Program-made: the position numbers and the translations under genes
The notes under the pieces: generated by a model
What the model saw: only the letters and a program-made list of their open reading frames with translations
Database searches by the model: none
What the model was told of the DNA's origin: nothing
Part shown: in pieces, positions 1 through 10,526 of the stretch
How positions within the stretch are numbered: the stretch's first letter is position 1
Layout: each line of letters opens with the position of its first letter
Assembly (NCBI GenBank): GCA_016182485.1
Contig: JACPGH010000006.1
Coordinates: forward strand, 26,461-90,460
Origin: Candidatus Kaiserbacteria bacterium
GTDB lineage: Bacteria > Patescibacteriota > Minisyncoccia > Phycocordibacterales > Phycocordibacteraceae
Length of the DNA stretch: 64,000 nucleotides
Direction: 5' to 3'

Positions 1-245
1 ATCACTTTCTTGGGATCGAGGCCGACGGCGAGATACGCCATCACTACCTCGCGGGTGCGGCGGCGCATCTCCTCGGCATCTTGAATGGAATTAAGCGCGT
101 GGTAATCGGCGACGAAAATATAGGGCTTGTACTTCCCCTCCTTCACCAATGACACGAACTGGCGCATCGCGCCGAAATAGTTGCCGATATGCAGGTCCCC
201 GGTCGGCTTAACGCCGGACACCAGAATTTTCTGCGAGTCGCTCAT
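1..245 (-). CDS. trpS: Tryptophan--tRNA ligase, N-terminal part (runs off the window edge)
   Basis: Manual translation MSDSQKILVSGVKPTGDLHIGNYFGAM...FVADYHA shows the TrpRS HIGN motif and ADYHA. Not in the ORF track. Confidence 0.93.
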   Translation of the reverse strand, partial: MSDSQKILVSGVKPTGDLHIGNYFGAMRQFVSLVKEGKYKPYIFVADYHALNSIQDAEEMRRRTREVVMAYLAVGLDPKKV

Positions 246-257
246 CCGGCTACAATA

Positions 258-1355
258 TCATGAAGCCGCGGTTGAGGCATACCGTTCGCAAATACGCTTC
301 ATAAGACCCGGCCCTTCGAAAATCATGCCGGTTATGAGCTGAATAAGATCGGCCCCGGCTGCGAATTTTTCCATCGCGTCTTCCGGCGTGAAGATGCCGC
401 CACAGCCGATTATCGTGAAGCGCCTGTCATACCTATCGCGCGTTTTCCGTATTAATTCGGTCGACAGCTTCCAACAAGGCGCGCCCGAGAGCCCGCCTCG
501 AAACTGTTTCGGCGCATCTCCGGGATATGCCAGGTCGCTGTAATTTTTATTCAGATTTCCGATAATGACGCCGTGTATCTTGTTCTTGTCAGCGATCGCT
601 AGCAGGGCGGCGAATTGTTCCCACGGCACATTGATAGGCATTTTAAGATACACGGGCTTCGTGCATGGGATCTCTCGTAAGCGCGGCAAGAGTCGCGCGA
701 GAAGAACGGGGTCGGCGAACGTCTCGCCGGTGAATGCATTCGGGCACGAAATATTGATAGTGAAATAATCGCAGATGTTCGCTTCGTTCAGTTTCTCAAA
801 AGATTCGGAGTAATCGCGAATGCCCGCTTCGCCGGAGCTACAGCGAGGCGAGCCGGCTGCGACATCTGTCGCGGCGGCCGGCCCGTTCGTGCGCGCTATC
901 GAAATGCCGAGTACGAATCCGGGGATTCTTCGTGTTCTTTTCAATTTCGAAATGAGCGCGTCTACGCCTTCGTTTCGCAAGCCTTTGTACACTACAAGGC
1001 TCTTGTTGCGCACAAGCCGCGTTAATTGCGGCCGGGGATTGCCAGCGCAGGGATGCGCGGTTACAGAGCCGATCTCTTCCCCGCCGAACGCGAGCGCGGG
1101 CAGTATGCGGGTGAGCCGCCCATCGGGATCGAATCCCGCGGAGAGCACGATGGGCGTGCGGTAACGGATGCCGTCTACCGTCTTGCTGATGTCCGGTCCA
1201 CGGTAATTGTATGCGAGATCGAGTAGTTTCCTCGCTGGCGCGAATCGTCCCGCCGCCTCCCCTATCGTCGTAAACGCCTCATGGACTGCATCGGGCTTGA
1301 ATTTAAATAGAATCGGCTTCAGCGCGTGTCTGTATGCCGTATCCAAGGCATTCAT
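258..1355 (-). CDS. pyrD: Quinone-dependent dihydroorotate dehydrogenase (class 2)
   Basis: Motifs SAGFD, GSVT..P..GNPRP, INISCPN, GGLSG and GCGGIF. Start placed at MNALD, which has TATTGT 6 nt upstream. Confidence 0.9.
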   Translation of the reverse strand: MNALDTAYRHALKPILFKFKPDAVHEAFTTIGEAAGRFAPARKLLDLAYNYRGPDISKTVDGIRYRTPIVLSAGFDPDGRLTRILPALAFGGEEIGSVTAHPCAGNPRPQLTRLVRNKSLVVYKGLRNEGVDALISKLKRTRRIPGFVLGISIARTNGPAAATDVAAGSPRCSSGEAGIRDYSESFEKLNEANICDYFTINISCPNAFTGETFADPVLLARLLPRLREIPCTKPVYLKMPINVPWEQFAALLAIADKNKIHGVIIGNLNKNYSDLAYPGDAPKQFRGGLSGAPCWKLSTELIRKTRDRYDRRFTIIGCGGIFTPEDAMEKFAAGADLIQLITGMIFEGPGLMKRICERYASTAAS

Positions 1356-1450
1356 AGTCGTACAATAACACTTTTCTGAATCGTGTGGTATAATTTCATT
1401 CGGGTGTTCGGTTTCAAAGGTGAATTCACAACTGAGTGGGAGGGACAACA

Positions 1451-1837
1451 ATGTCACATGAGTCGCGGCTGCAAACCCTAACTGCGCGTGAGGCATGGCT
1501 CCAGGCGCTGGTTCTGCCCGGCATCTTCGCATTTCTCGCCGGCGCAATGATGGCCCTGATCTTACTCATGATCGCATGGGCCATTCCAGACTGGAATACA
1601 TCCGCACCGGTCTTCGGCGCTCACATGTCTGTGAGAACCTCGGTCTACGGCGGAATGCTGTTCGCGCTGCTGTTCATACCGGCCGTCTTCATCCCCCTGC
1701 AGTACTCTGATCTACGTACGTGCTACGTGCGCTGCCTCGAATGCCGAGAGCTGCGCCGAACCGTGGACATCGAGCACTTCAGAACGGTGCAACGATGCTC
1801 CTCCTGCCAGCACGAACTCAGACCACGCAACTCGTAG
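1451..1837 (+). CDS. Hypothetical membrane protein with C-terminal CxxC...CxxC zinc ribbon
   Basis: GGGAGG SD, two hydrophobic helices, CLEC and CSSC motifs, hairpin downstream. Confidence 0.6.
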   Translation: MSHESRLQTLTAREAWLQALVLPGIFAFLAGAMMALILLMIAWAIPDWNTSAPVFGAHMSVRTSVYGGMLFALLFIPAVFIPLQYSDLRTCYVRCLECRELRRTVDIEHFRTVQRCSSCQHELRPRNS

Positions 1838-1848
1838 CTACTGTCTCG

Positions 1849-1885
1849 ACAGCCCGTTCGGGTCCAACCCCCGACCGGGCTGTTC
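1849..1885 (+). terminator. Hairpin of the ACAGCCCG...CGGGCTGTTC family after an orphan gene
   Basis: Inverted repeat; related copies at 22485 and 54036. Confidence 0.6.
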
Positions 1886-1933
1886 TTCATTCATTCAACA
1901 CCTGTCTTTAAAGTATGGCTAGGTAATATTCTG

Positions 1934-2017
1934 TGCGCCGGGGAGGATTCGAACCTCCGTAGCCCATTGGGCGACAGGTTTACAGCCTGTTGCGATTGAC
2001 CACTCCGCCACCGACGC
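1934..2017 (-). tRNA. tRNA-Tyr(GUA)
   Basis: Cloverleaf with ACAGG-CTGTAAA-CCTGT anticodon arm, long variable arm and TTCGAAT T loop. Confidence 0.95.
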
Positions 2018-2032
2018 GTGATTAAACTATAC

Positions 2033-3340
2033 TCAATTCTTCAGTAATTTCAAAACGAGGACGAGGACGCCTGACTTGCCTTTGCGTACTAGAGCGTAGC
2101 CATTAGAAAGGTCGCCGATATTGATAGTCTGATCGGGGTTAGTGATCGGCAGGCCTGAGAGCGTAATTCCCCGCCCTTCTATCAAGCGGCGCGCATCGGA
2201 TTTGGAGGATGCGAGGCCGCCGGCGACAAGCGCTTCGGTGAGCTGGTATCCGTTTACAAGGTTCGACCTTGTAATTGTGAGGGAAGGAGCCTCTGCGAGC
2301 GCGACGGCGAGCGCGTCGCGCGAGAGCTCGTGGAATGGCACGTCGCCAAAAAGGGCGTCGGTGGCCGCGGTCGCCTGCGCGGCCGCGGCAGGTCCGTGCA
2401 CGATCTCGGTTATGAGCCGGGCTAATGTCTCCTGCGCTTCCCGTTGACTCGGGTCCTGCCGATGCTTTTCCATCAACGCGCTGATTTCTTCCAGAGGCAG
2501 GAACGTGTATACCTTGAGATACTGTTCGATGCTCTCATCCGGCAGTCCGAGCCAAAACTGATAGAACTGGAAGGGCGAAGTCTTCTTCGGGTCGAGCCAT
2601 ACGGCGTTCCCCTCGCTCTTGCCGAACTTCTTGCCTGCTGAGTCTGAAGTCAGAGGGAATGCGAGCGCATAGACCTGTTCACCCAAACGTTTGCGAATTA
2701 GATCGACGCCTGACAGCACATTGGTCCATTGATCCGAGCCGCCGATTTGCAAATTGACTCCGTATTTCTCGTGCAGGGTGAAATAGTCGAACCCTTGCAA
2801 GAGCGCATAGGTGAATTCGGAATATGAAATGCTATCCTCGGGAGTTTCAAGCCGTTTCTTAATTATCTCTCGCTTTATTAAGTCATTAACTGTAAAGTGC
2901 TTGCCGACGTCACGCAAAAATGAGACGAGCCGCGTACTCATGAGCCAGTCTGCGTTATCAACCATCTTAAACGAGATGCCGCCAAGGATTTTTTTTAGCT
3001 GCGCTTTGAGAGCCTTCGTATTTCTCGCTACCGTTTTTTCATCCAGCATCGGACGCTCCCCTTTTTCCTTTGGGTCACCGATCATGCCGGTGCCTCCGCC
3101 AACGAGGAATATCAATTTGTGCCCCGCGTCCCCGAGTCGCTTCATCAGCAATATCCACGTAAGGTGTCCGACATGAAGCGAGTCAGCGGTCGGGTCAGTC
3201 CCGATGTAGACCGTGCGCGGCGTTCGAAGAATATCTTCCGGTTCGGCCGACGCGTGCTCTATCAACCCACGCGCCTTAAGCTCTTCTGCGAGGCTTGCCC
3301 CGTTTGAACGCGAGCCCTCGAGCTTTCTAATGGGGGTCAT
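2033..3340 (-). CDS. tyrS: Tyrosine--tRNA ligase
   Basis: DPTADSLHVGH, QIGGSDQW, KFGKSEG and a C-terminal S4-like domain. Confidence 0.97.
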   Translation of the reverse strand: MTPIRKLEGSRSNGASLAEELKARGLIEHASAEPEDILRTPRTVYIGTDPTADSLHVGHLTWILLMKRLGDAGHKLIFLVGGGTGMIGDPKEKGERPMLDEKTVARNTKALKAQLKKILGGISFKMVDNADWLMSTRLVSFLRDVGKHFTVNDLIKREIIKKRLETPEDSISYSEFTYALLQGFDYFTLHEKYGVNLQIGGSDQWTNVLSGVDLIRKRLGEQVYALAFPLTSDSAGKKFGKSEGNAVWLDPKKTSPFQFYQFWLGLPDESIEQYLKVYTFLPLEEISALMEKHRQDPSQREAQETLARLITEIVHGPAAAAQATAATDALFGDVPFHELSRDALAVALAEAPSLTITRSNLVNGYQLTEALVAGGLASSKSDARRLIEGRGITLSGLPITNPDQTINIGDLSNGYALVRKGKSGVLVLVLKLLKN

Positions 3341-3375
3341 GTAGTAAATATACCATTAATCATACATTAATTACG

Positions 3376-3403
3376 AAGGGGCCGTAGTCGCCTACGGCCC
3401 CTT
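3376..3403 (-). terminator. Hairpin downstream of the orphan gene at 3411
   Basis: AAGGGGCCGTAG-TCGC-CTACGGCCCCTT perfect stem. Confidence 0.65.
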
Positions 3404-3410
3404 GTCCCGT

Positions 3411-3896
3411 CTACACCAGCTGGTATCGCTCCAGCCAGCACGCTCCGACGCAATCCTCCCACGCCGGCACAACGTCGCGTTCCGGTTCTTGTCTGGCCGC
3501 GACTATCTCGAAGTCCGGATTTAGCCACAGCTCATTGATTTCACCGACGATCGATTCGAACGGTGTCCCGTTCGGGTACAGCTCTAGCCAAGCGTTGCGC
3601 TCGGCTTCTGTCGTGCGAGCCTTGTTCCTGTGGATCGGTCCCAACCATCCGGTATAGACCTTTCCGTTAGATCTCCGGATGCTGAGCACAGAATTGCCGG
3701 CTGGCGCAAGAAGTCCGTTCAACTTGTTCACTATCTTCGCGGGGCTAAAATTACCCGGGAAGATCAGTGACCACGCCGCGTGCCTCTTGCTGTTTATATA
3801 CAGAACTGCGCCGCTGTGGCCACCTCCCGCCTTGGTCCTTCTATGATGTCGATTGAATTCAGGTTCAGGCCCTCGCCGTCCGGTCGATCGCCTCAT
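3411..3896 (-). CDS. Hypothetical protein, possibly HNH-like nuclease, with internal duplication
   Basis: NRHHRRTKAGGG..H motif and two similar AW..LF/YP....IV..I/LN units. Start uncertain. Confidence 0.45.
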   Translation of the reverse strand: MRRSTGRRGPEPEFNRHHRRTKAGGGHSGAVLYINSKRHAAWSLIFPGNFSPAKIVNKLNGLLAPAGNSVLSIRRSNGKVYTGWLGPIHRNKARTTEAERNAWLELYPNGTPFESIVGEINELWLNPDFEIVAARQEPERDVVPAWEDCVGACWLERYQLV

Positions 3897-4072
3897 GCGT
3901 GCTGACCAGGAACGGGAAACGCCATCAGAGCATCTCTCCTTTCTCAAAGAACGTTAAGAAATTATGCGGTGCGCGGCATCATGCGCCGCATGCCAAGAAT
4001 CTATGTCAATACTACTATCAAGTTTATAGCTCAAGCTGAGTTGTCCTCACTCTCAGCATGGCCGCTAAAATA

Positions 4073-5869
4073 TTACTCGTGAAGTCCTACGTGGAGATTG
4101 TAAAGATGCCTGTACGTTCCGTCTTCTTTGGCAAGCAATTCTTCATGCGTACCCTCTTCTGCCACCCCACCGTCCTTTATGACTAAAATTTTATCCGCCT
4201 TGCGCACGGTTGAAAGCCTGTGCGCGATAATAAATGTCGTTCTGTCACGCATGAGTTTTTCAAGCGACGCTGTAATGAGTTGTTCCGTTTCGATATCGAG
4301 AGCCGAGGTCGGCTCGTCGAGGATGAGGAATTCCGGATTGCGTAAAATTGCCCTGGCGATAGCCACACGCTGTTTTTGACCGACCGAGAGTTTGATGCCC
4401 CTTTCTCCAACGATAGTGTCATACCCTTTTGCCTGCAGCATGATGAAGTCGTGTATATGCGCCTCCTGAGCTGCATGCTCAACCTCTGCATCCGAAGCGC
4501 TGAATGAACCGTACCGAATATTCGACCGGATCGTATCGTTGAATAGGGCAACCTCCTGTGGCACGACCGCAATTCGCGAACGCAGCGCAAGCAGGTCCCA
4601 TTCACGAGTATCCACGCCTTCAACAAGCACTTTTCCTTCTGTTGGGAAATAGTAGCCAGATATAAGCGATATTGCGCTGGATTTGCCTACCCCCGACTCG
4701 CCTACAAAGGCAGTGACCTGCCCAGGCTTAGTGCTGAATGACAAATGAGACAGAACTAGTCTTTGTTCCTCTTCATAACGGAATGAAACATCTCTGAATT
4801 CAACAACTCCCGCCAGAGGTCCCGAGTTGTGGGCGTTTGCAGGATGATATATTTCCTGCGGTTTTCTGAAAATGCGCTCGACAGAACCAGCAGTCGTCAG
4901 ACCGTTCTGAATTACTTGCCAGCTATAGCCAAGCGATACCAGCGGTCCGAAGAACATGAGCGCATAGCCGTTAAACGCGACCAGTTCGCCAACGGTAATT
5001 ATACCTGCGCTCACATATTGCACCGAAACTATGAAAATAGATGCTTGAGTAAGAAAAACAATGACACGCTGCCAGAGATTAAGGCGATTCCAGTTGAGCT
5101 CGTTTTTATACCAAAGGGCGACAACGTCGCCTTTCAGCGTTTTACGTATGCGTGCAATTTCATATTCCTCGGCGGCAGCCTGCTTAACGGCCGCGGATTG
5201 GCTCACGGCTGAGGCCGCGTCGTCCCACCGGTCGTTCCATGCGCGATGCGCACGATCGTCGACAGACGCAGTGCCCTGCAGGAGTATGACGAGCGCGCAG
5301 GCATACACGATAACGCCGGCGGTCAGAATAAGAGCCAGGGTAGTATTGATGCTTAGAGCCAAGGTGATGCCGATGACGATGGATAATAGCTGCGGAGAAA
5401 TTTGAATCGCCGTTCTCAATATTGCGTTAATCCGCCACGAAGCCGAACTGATACGGCTAAATACCGCCTGAATATGTTCTTGAGTGTGAAATGACAGAGG
5501 CAATTGGAGCAGGTGAATAAAGCCTTCAGCTTGAACGCCGATATGCATATCCGTATCCAGCCAGCGGCGCTTTCGATCGATCCACCAATCTACAAAATCA
5601 GATACGATACGGGTTACAGCCCATGCAATGAGTACTAGCGCAATGTAAGGCAATCCATTTGATTGGGTAGGATTGCCCTGCGAGATCGCGATCAGTGCAT
5701 CGAAGAAGCGACCGGTTACATATGGTACAAATCCGTTCGCGATCGCTGAAATAAGGCCGAGAACCCCGACTAGTACGAGCGTGCTCTTATAAGAACTCGC
5801 ATGGCGCCAAATACCTTGGACGCCTTCACTGAAGGATACCGGCGGCTCCTTTGGGTCGTCCTTTTCCAT
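4073..5869 (-). CDS. ABC exporter, fused permease/ATPase (MsbA/ABCB-like)
   Basis: N-terminal TM domain, Walker A GESGVGKS, signature LSVGQKQR, Walker B ILDEPT. Confidence 0.92.
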   Translation of the reverse strand: MEKDDPKEPPVSFSEGVQGIWRHASSYKSTLVLVGVLGLISAIANGFVPYVTGRFFDALIAISQGNPTQSNGLPYIALVLIAWAVTRIVSDFVDWWIDRKRRWLDTDMHIGVQAEGFIHLLQLPLSFHTQEHIQAVFSRISSASWRINAILRTAIQISPQLLSIVIGITLALSINTTLALILTAGVIVYACALVILLQGTASVDDRAHRAWNDRWDDAASAVSQSAAVKQAAAEEYEIARIRKTLKGDVVALWYKNELNWNRLNLWQRVIVFLTQASIFIVSVQYVSAGIITVGELVAFNGYALMFFGPLVSLGYSWQVIQNGLTTAGSVERIFRKPQEIYHPANAHNSGPLAGVVEFRDVSFRYEEEQRLVLSHLSFSTKPGQVTAFVGESGVGKSSAISLISGYYFPTEGKVLVEGVDTREWDLLALRSRIAVVPQEVALFNDTIRSNIRYGSFSASDAEVEHAAQEAHIHDFIMLQAKGYDTIVGERGIKLSVGQKQRVAIARAILRNPEFLILDEPTSALDIETEQLITASLEKLMRDRTTFIIAHRLSTVRKADKILVIKDGGVAEEGTHEELLAKEDGTYRHLYNLHVGLHE

Positions 5870-5878
5870 TTCTTTAGC

Positions 5879-6400
5879 TTATCTCGCAAGGAAGAAAAGG
5901 CCAACTGCGGGGGCGATGAACCACCAAAAGAAGTATTGTTTCGCGGCGAAGAGGAAATCGATAGCCGGCGTGAATTGGTAGACCGTGGCGACCGGGAAGA
6001 TGTGGTACGCGAGCGCGAGCAGGAAGGCCGCGCCGAGGAACGAGAGCGCGATGAGGCCGAATATGCCAATATAGAGAAAATCGGAGACGACGACGCGGCG
6101 CAGGATGATGTAGAAAACAATTGCGACAGCGGCATATACGCCGATTTGCGACAGAAGCGCCGTCATCGCCGGCGCCGTCGGCAGGTACGACATGTACGGG
6201 AAGACGGCGTAGACCGCGTAGGCCGCATAGAATGAGAGTAGAAGGGCGACGAACGGCCCGCGCCCGACGTACCACGCGAAGAGGAAAAGGGCCCCGACGA
6301 GAACGAGAAGGATCACGAAGTCGCTCATCCCGTTCCATACCGTGAGCGCCGTATTGGTCGCAAGCGTATTCACCTGCGCGAGGCCGGTCGTGGCTGACAT
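5879..6400 (-). CDS. Hypothetical integral membrane protein
   Basis: About 5 hydrophobic segments; lies directly upstream of the ABC exporter. Confidence 0.75.
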   Translation of the reverse strand: MSATTGLAQVNTLATNTALTVWNGMSDFVILLVLVGALFLFAWYVGRGPFVALLLSFYAAYAVYAVFPYMSYLPTAPAMTALLSQIGVYAAVAIVFYIILRRVVVSDFLYIGIFGLIALSFLGAAFLLALAYHIFPVATVYQFTPAIDFLFAAKQYFFWWFIAPAVGLFFLAR

Positions 6401-6413
6401 GATAAATAGCTTA

Positions 6414-6485
6414 TAGGCTTTAGGCGCTAGGCGCTAGCAAATCCGTGTGGAATCTTAATGCTAAAGCCTAGCGCCTAAGGCCTAA
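6414..6485. repeat. Inverted arrays of a TAGGC(G/T)(C/T) heptamer forming a hairpin
   Basis: taggctttaggcgctaggcgctagc ... gctaaagcctagcgcctaaggccta. Confidence 0.75.
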
Positions 6486-6493
6486 TGGCTAGC

Positions 6494-7597
6494 TCAAAGC
6501 CCCTCGCTCTTGAGATCCTCGATGGATTTTTTCGCCTTGCCGGAGAGTTTGTGCGGCAGGGCCACTTCGAGCCGGATGATGAGATCGCCGCGGCCGGAGT
6601 CAGCCGGGATGCCCTTCCCTGCTACGCGCAGGAGCTCTTCGGCGCGCTTCATCGGCGGGATCTTCACTTCGAGCGTCTTGTCGTCCAGACTTTCAATAGT
6701 GACTGTGGTGCCCAGGAGCGCGTCGGTAAGCTTGACAGGCAATGTCATCACTAAATTATTCCCTTCGCGGCGGAAGATTGGATGCGGCTTCACATGTACC
6801 TTCACATAGAGATCCCCCGCGAGCCCCGCCTTAATCGCTTCGCCCTTTTGCGGCATGCGTATCATCTCTCCGTTATCGATGCCGGCCGGGATGACTATGT
6901 GGATCTCTTCTTCCTTGCGCCTCGTGCCCTTGCCGTGGCATTCCGGGCACTTCTCTTTCGGCACTTGCCCGCCGCCTTCGCAGACCATGCATGTGCGCAC
7001 GCTCGAGAATTGGCCGAGGATGGAGTTACGCGTCTCGCGGATGCGGCCGGTGCCATTGCAAGTTTTGCACTTCTCGAGGTCAGTACCGGGCTTGGCTCCC
7101 GAACCCCGACAGAGCGCGCAAGTCGAGACTTTCGCTATTAGAACCTCGCGCATCGTGCCGTACGCCGCCTCCTTGAACGATATCTCTAGGTCGATAGAAA
7201 TGTCCCTACCCCGCGCCGTGCGCGCCCTGCCCTGCGAACCGCCGAAGATGTCCCCGAATATATCACTGAAGTCCCCGCCGAATGCGGATCCTCCTTCGGA
7301 AGAGAACTCGAATCCACCGTTCTTGAACATATCGCTGAAGTCGAAACCGCCGAACGAACCTGCGCCGTTAGGTGCCGAGCCCTGCGAGGTAAAGGCTTGA
7401 CCATACGCGTCGTATTCCCGGCGCCTCTTTTCATCAGAAAGGACGGCGTAGGCCTCGGTCACCTCTTTGAACTTGGCCTCGTTGCCGTTCCCCTTATCCG
7501 GATGATACTTATGCGCCAGCGTCCTGAACGCTTTCTTAATTTCCTCCTTACCCGCCTTCTTGTCTACGCCTAGCACAGTGTAATAATCCTTGGCCAT
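6494..7597 (-). CDS. dnaJ: Chaperone DnaJ
   Basis: J domain with HPD, G/F-rich region and four CxxCxGxG repeats. Confidence 0.97.
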   Translation of the reverse strand: MAKDYYTVLGVDKKAGKEEIKKAFRTLAHKYHPDKGNGNEAKFKEVTEAYAVLSDEKRRREYDAYGQAFTSQGSAPNGAGSFGGFDFSDMFKNGGFEFSSEGGSAFGGDFSDIFGDIFGGSQGRARTARGRDISIDLEISFKEAAYGTMREVLIAKVSTCALCRGSGAKPGTDLEKCKTCNGTGRIRETRNSILGQFSSVRTCMVCEGGGQVPKEKCPECHGKGTRRKEEEIHIVIPAGIDNGEMIRMPQKGEAIKAGLAGDLYVKVHVKPHPIFRREGNNLVMTLPVKLTDALLGTTVTIESLDDKTLEVKIPPMKRAEELLRVAGKGIPADSGRGDLIIRLEVALPHKLSGKAKKSIEDLKSEGL

Positions 7598-7678
7598 ATT
7601 TCTCCTATATTATACTCTGCCGTATTTTTGTATGCAAAAACGTTAAGGCGGGGAGCGCACGCGCTCCCCGCCTCGTGT

Positions 7679-8494
7679 CTATTCCACCTTCATGCCAGCC
7701 GGCAACCGCGCTTCGACGCTCTTCGCGATGTAACTCGCGGTCTCGAAGAGGTCGAGCGTGTCCTCGGGCTTCGTGCGAAGGCGGCCTTCGGCGTCGTTGG
7801 AGAGAAGTGGAAACTCCTCGAGTAACGGGCCGAGCTGTTCCTTCACGTTCTTGGAGGAGAGGCCGCCGGCAATGCCGAGTCCGATATTCCAGCCGCGCTC
7901 CGCGATGGCTCGCAGGTATGCGCGGCCGGTCTCTATAACGAACGGCTCTCCACTGCCTCCAGAAGCATCGATGAGGATGTCGTCTACGAGCGAGACGTAG
8001 TGACCTGTCATCTCCGCCACCCTCAACGGCGAATCGCCCAGTTCACGCATCGCGCGAGCGCCGATCTGCAGGACGAGGCGGGGTTCCGGTCCCATTGCTT
8101 CTCGGTACATCTCGAGATCGCCGATCGACGGCCATGCGATGTTGAGCTGGAAACCGTGCAGGTCCGGTCCTGCCAGCTCGTGAAGGCGAATGAGATCGGC
8201 CGCGAGCCGCATGCGGTTGTCCGTGTTGAAGTGGATGAGGTTGAGCAGAGCTGGATGTCTGCGAAGTGCGGGCCTGAGGCGGTTGATCCTCGGATAGCGG
8301 CCCGGCCACTTGTTGGGTATCCCATTGAGCGTCTTGCTACTCACGAGGTAGCCCAGCATGAGCTGAAGATGCTCGACACGCTTGCCTACCCCGAGCTCGC
8401 TCACGATCAGCATTGCTCCGAGGATGGCTCTCGCGCAGACCACGGCCTCGCTACCCTCCATGATCCCAGTAACTCCCGTGTAAGGGCGTCTCAA
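7679..8494 (-). CDS. Hypothetical TIM-barrel-like protein (PRAI-like C-terminal motifs) inserted between dnaK and dnaJ
   Basis: ILIDASGGSG and GIAGGL motifs. TTG start with GGGAGG SD; own hairpin at 7646-7673. Confidence 0.6.
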   Translation of the reverse strand: MRRPYTGVTGIMEGSEAVVCARAILGAMLIVSELGVGKRVEHLQLMLGYLVSSKTLNGIPNKWPGRYPRINRLRPALRRHPALLNLIHFNTDNRMRLAADLIRLHELAGPDLHGFQLNIAWPSIGDLEMYREAMGPEPRLVLQIGARAMRELGDSPLRVAEMTGHYVSLVDDILIDASGGSGEPFVIETGRAYLRAIAERGWNIGLGIAGGLSSKNVKEQLGPLLEEFPLLSNDAEGRLRTKPEDTLDLFETASYIAKSVEARLPAGMKVE

Positions 8495-8569
8495 TGAAGT
8501 TCCTCCCTCGTATGGAATTGGTACTGTCCGGCCTAATAATGCAGGATTGTTAGTAACCTTGTCAATCTC

Positions 8570-10495
8570 CTATTTCTCCTTGAATTCCGCGTCCGTAGGA
8601 CCACTTGACTCTGGAGGCTGGTCGCTAGAGCCTGGAGAAGATGCGTCTGGCGGCGGGGTCTGACTTCCCTGCTGTTTCATCATCGCCTCTCCGATCTTCA
8701 TCATTGCCTGCGAGAGCGCGTCGGTCGCAGTCTTGATAGTCGCCGGGTCCTCGCTGTTGCGCGCCGTCTTGAGCGCGTCAATTTTATCCTGCACTTCTTT
8801 CACCGCCTCAGGCGACGGCTTTCCCTGCCCTGAGCCCGTCGAAGGGTCCCCGTATTCTTTTATAGCTTTCTCGGCGGCATAAACAGACTGGTCCGCAATG
8901 TTACGCGCCTCTACAAGCTCTTTGCGCTTTTCGTCGTCCGCCGCGTGCGCTTCTGCATCCGATTTCATTTTGTCTATATCTTCCTTGGAGAGACCGGTCG
9001 AGCCGGTGATACGGATAGATTGCTCTTTGCCCGTCGTCTTTTCCTTCGCTTTTACCGTCAGGATTCCGGAGGCATCAACGTCGAAGGTGACTTCGATCTG
9101 CGGCAGGCCGCGCGGCGCGGGCGGAATGCCGTCGAGCATGAAGCGGCCGAGCGACTTGTTGTCGGCGCTCATCGCCCGTTCGCCCTGCGTGACATGGATC
9201 TCCACTGACGGCTGGTTATCCGCGGCCGTCGAGAAAACTTGCATTCGGCTCGTCGGTATCGCCGTATTGCGCTCGACAAGCTTGGTAGCGACGCCGCCCA
9301 TCGTCTCGATCGCGAGCGAGAGCGGGATAACGTCCACGAGCAGGATGTCTTTCACGTCGCCTTGGAGTATGCCCGCCTGTATCGCGGCGCCGATCGCCAC
9401 CACCTCATCCGGATTAACAGACATATTCGGCTTTTTCCCGAAGAATTTTTCGACGGCCTGCTGGAGCATCGGCATGCGCGTCTGGCCCCCGACCAAAATT
9501 ACCTCGTGTATCTCGCCGACCTTAAACGGCGAGGCTTCCATCGCGCGCTTGGTTATAGCCATCGCGCGTTCTACGAACTCCCCCGCGAGCTCCTCAAGCT
9601 TGGCGCGAGTCATCTTTATAAGGAGGTGGCGCGGGCCGGAGGCGTCTGAGGTCAGGAACGGAATATTGACCTCGGTCTCCATCGCGCTCGAGAGCTCGAT
9701 CTTCGCCTTCTCGGCCGCCTCGTCAAGGCGCTGGCGCGCGAGCGCATCGCTTCGAACGTCTATGCCGCTCTCTTTCTTAAACTCATCGGCAAGCCAGTTG
9801 ATGATCTTCTGATCTATATCCTTACCTCCCAAATGCGCGTCGCCATCGGTACTCTTCACTTCAATAACATCGTCGCCGACATCGAGAACGGAGATATCGA
9901 AGGTCCCGCCGCCGAAGTCGAAGACCGCTATCTTTTCATCCTTCTTCTTATTGAAACCGTAGGCCAAGGCGGCAGCGGTCGGCTCGTTGATGATGCGCTT
10001 TACCTCGAGTCCGGCGATTTGGCCGGCGGCTTTCGTCGCGCTGCGCTGATCGTCGTTGAAGTAAGCCGGGACGGTGATCACGGCCTCAGTGATCTTTTCG
10101 CCAAGCTTGGCCTCGGCATCGGTCTTAAGCTTCGTGAGGATCATCGCGGAGAGCTCTTCCGGGCGGTACCACTTATCAGACATTTTCACTTCGATTCCGC
10201 CATTCTCCGCCTTGCGCATCTCGAACGGCACGGCGGCCTTGTCCTTCTGCACGGCAGGCTCATCGAAGTGGTGGCCGATAAAGCGCTTGATCTGGTAGAT
10301 AGTGTTGAGCGGATTGGTGACCGACTGGCGTTTGGCGAGCGTGCCGACTATCCGTTCGCCCGTCTTCCCCACCGCGACGACGGACGGAGTCGTACGCGCG
10401 CCTTCCGCGTTCTCGAGTACGCGCGGCTCGCCGCCTTCGACGACTGCCATCGCCGAGTTTGTCGTGCCCAAGTCGATGCCAAGAATTTTTGCCAT
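8570..10495 (-). CDS. dnaK: Chaperone DnaK (Hsp70)
   Basis: [25 protein letters not shown] and NPDEVVA motifs. Confidence 0.98.
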   Translation of the reverse strand: MAKILGIDLGTTNSAMAVVEGGEPRVLENAEGARTTPSVVAVGKTGERIVGTLAKRQSVTNPLNTIYQIKRFIGHHFDEPAVQKDKAAVPFEMRKAENGGIEVKMSDKWYRPEELSAMILTKLKTDAEAKLGEKITEAVITVPAYFNDDQRSATKAAGQIAGLEVKRIINEPTAAALAYGFNKKKDEKIAVFDFGGGTFDISVLDVGDDVIEVKSTDGDAHLGGKDIDQKIINWLADEFKKESGIDVRSDALARQRLDEAAEKAKIELSSAMETEVNIPFLTSDASGPRHLLIKMTRAKLEELAGEFVERAMAITKRAMEASPFKVGEIHEVILVGGQTRMPMLQQAVEKFFGKKPNMSVNPDEVVAIGAAIQAGILQGDVKDILLVDVIPLSLAIETMGGVATKLVERNTAIPTSRMQVFSTAADNQPSVEIHVTQGERAMSADNKSLGRFMLDGIPPAPRGLPQIEVTFDVDASGILTVKAKEKTTGKEQSIRITGSTGLSKEDIDKMKSDAEAHAADDEKRKELVEARNIADQSVYAAEKAIKEYGDPSTGSGQGKPSPEAVKEVQDKIDALKTARNSEDPATIKTATDALSQAMMKIGEAMMKQQGSQTPPPDASSPGSSDQPPESSGPTDAEFKEK

Positions 10496-10526
10496 ATCAA
10501 TCAAGCATTATATTAATAATGTCATT

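Noticed and set aside
8898-10516. Long plus-strand ORFs opposite dnaK (also 30076-31305, 34407-35633 and 62762-63583)
   Set aside because: These are antisense shadows of GC-rich genes, or read-through extensions, with no recognisable motifs.
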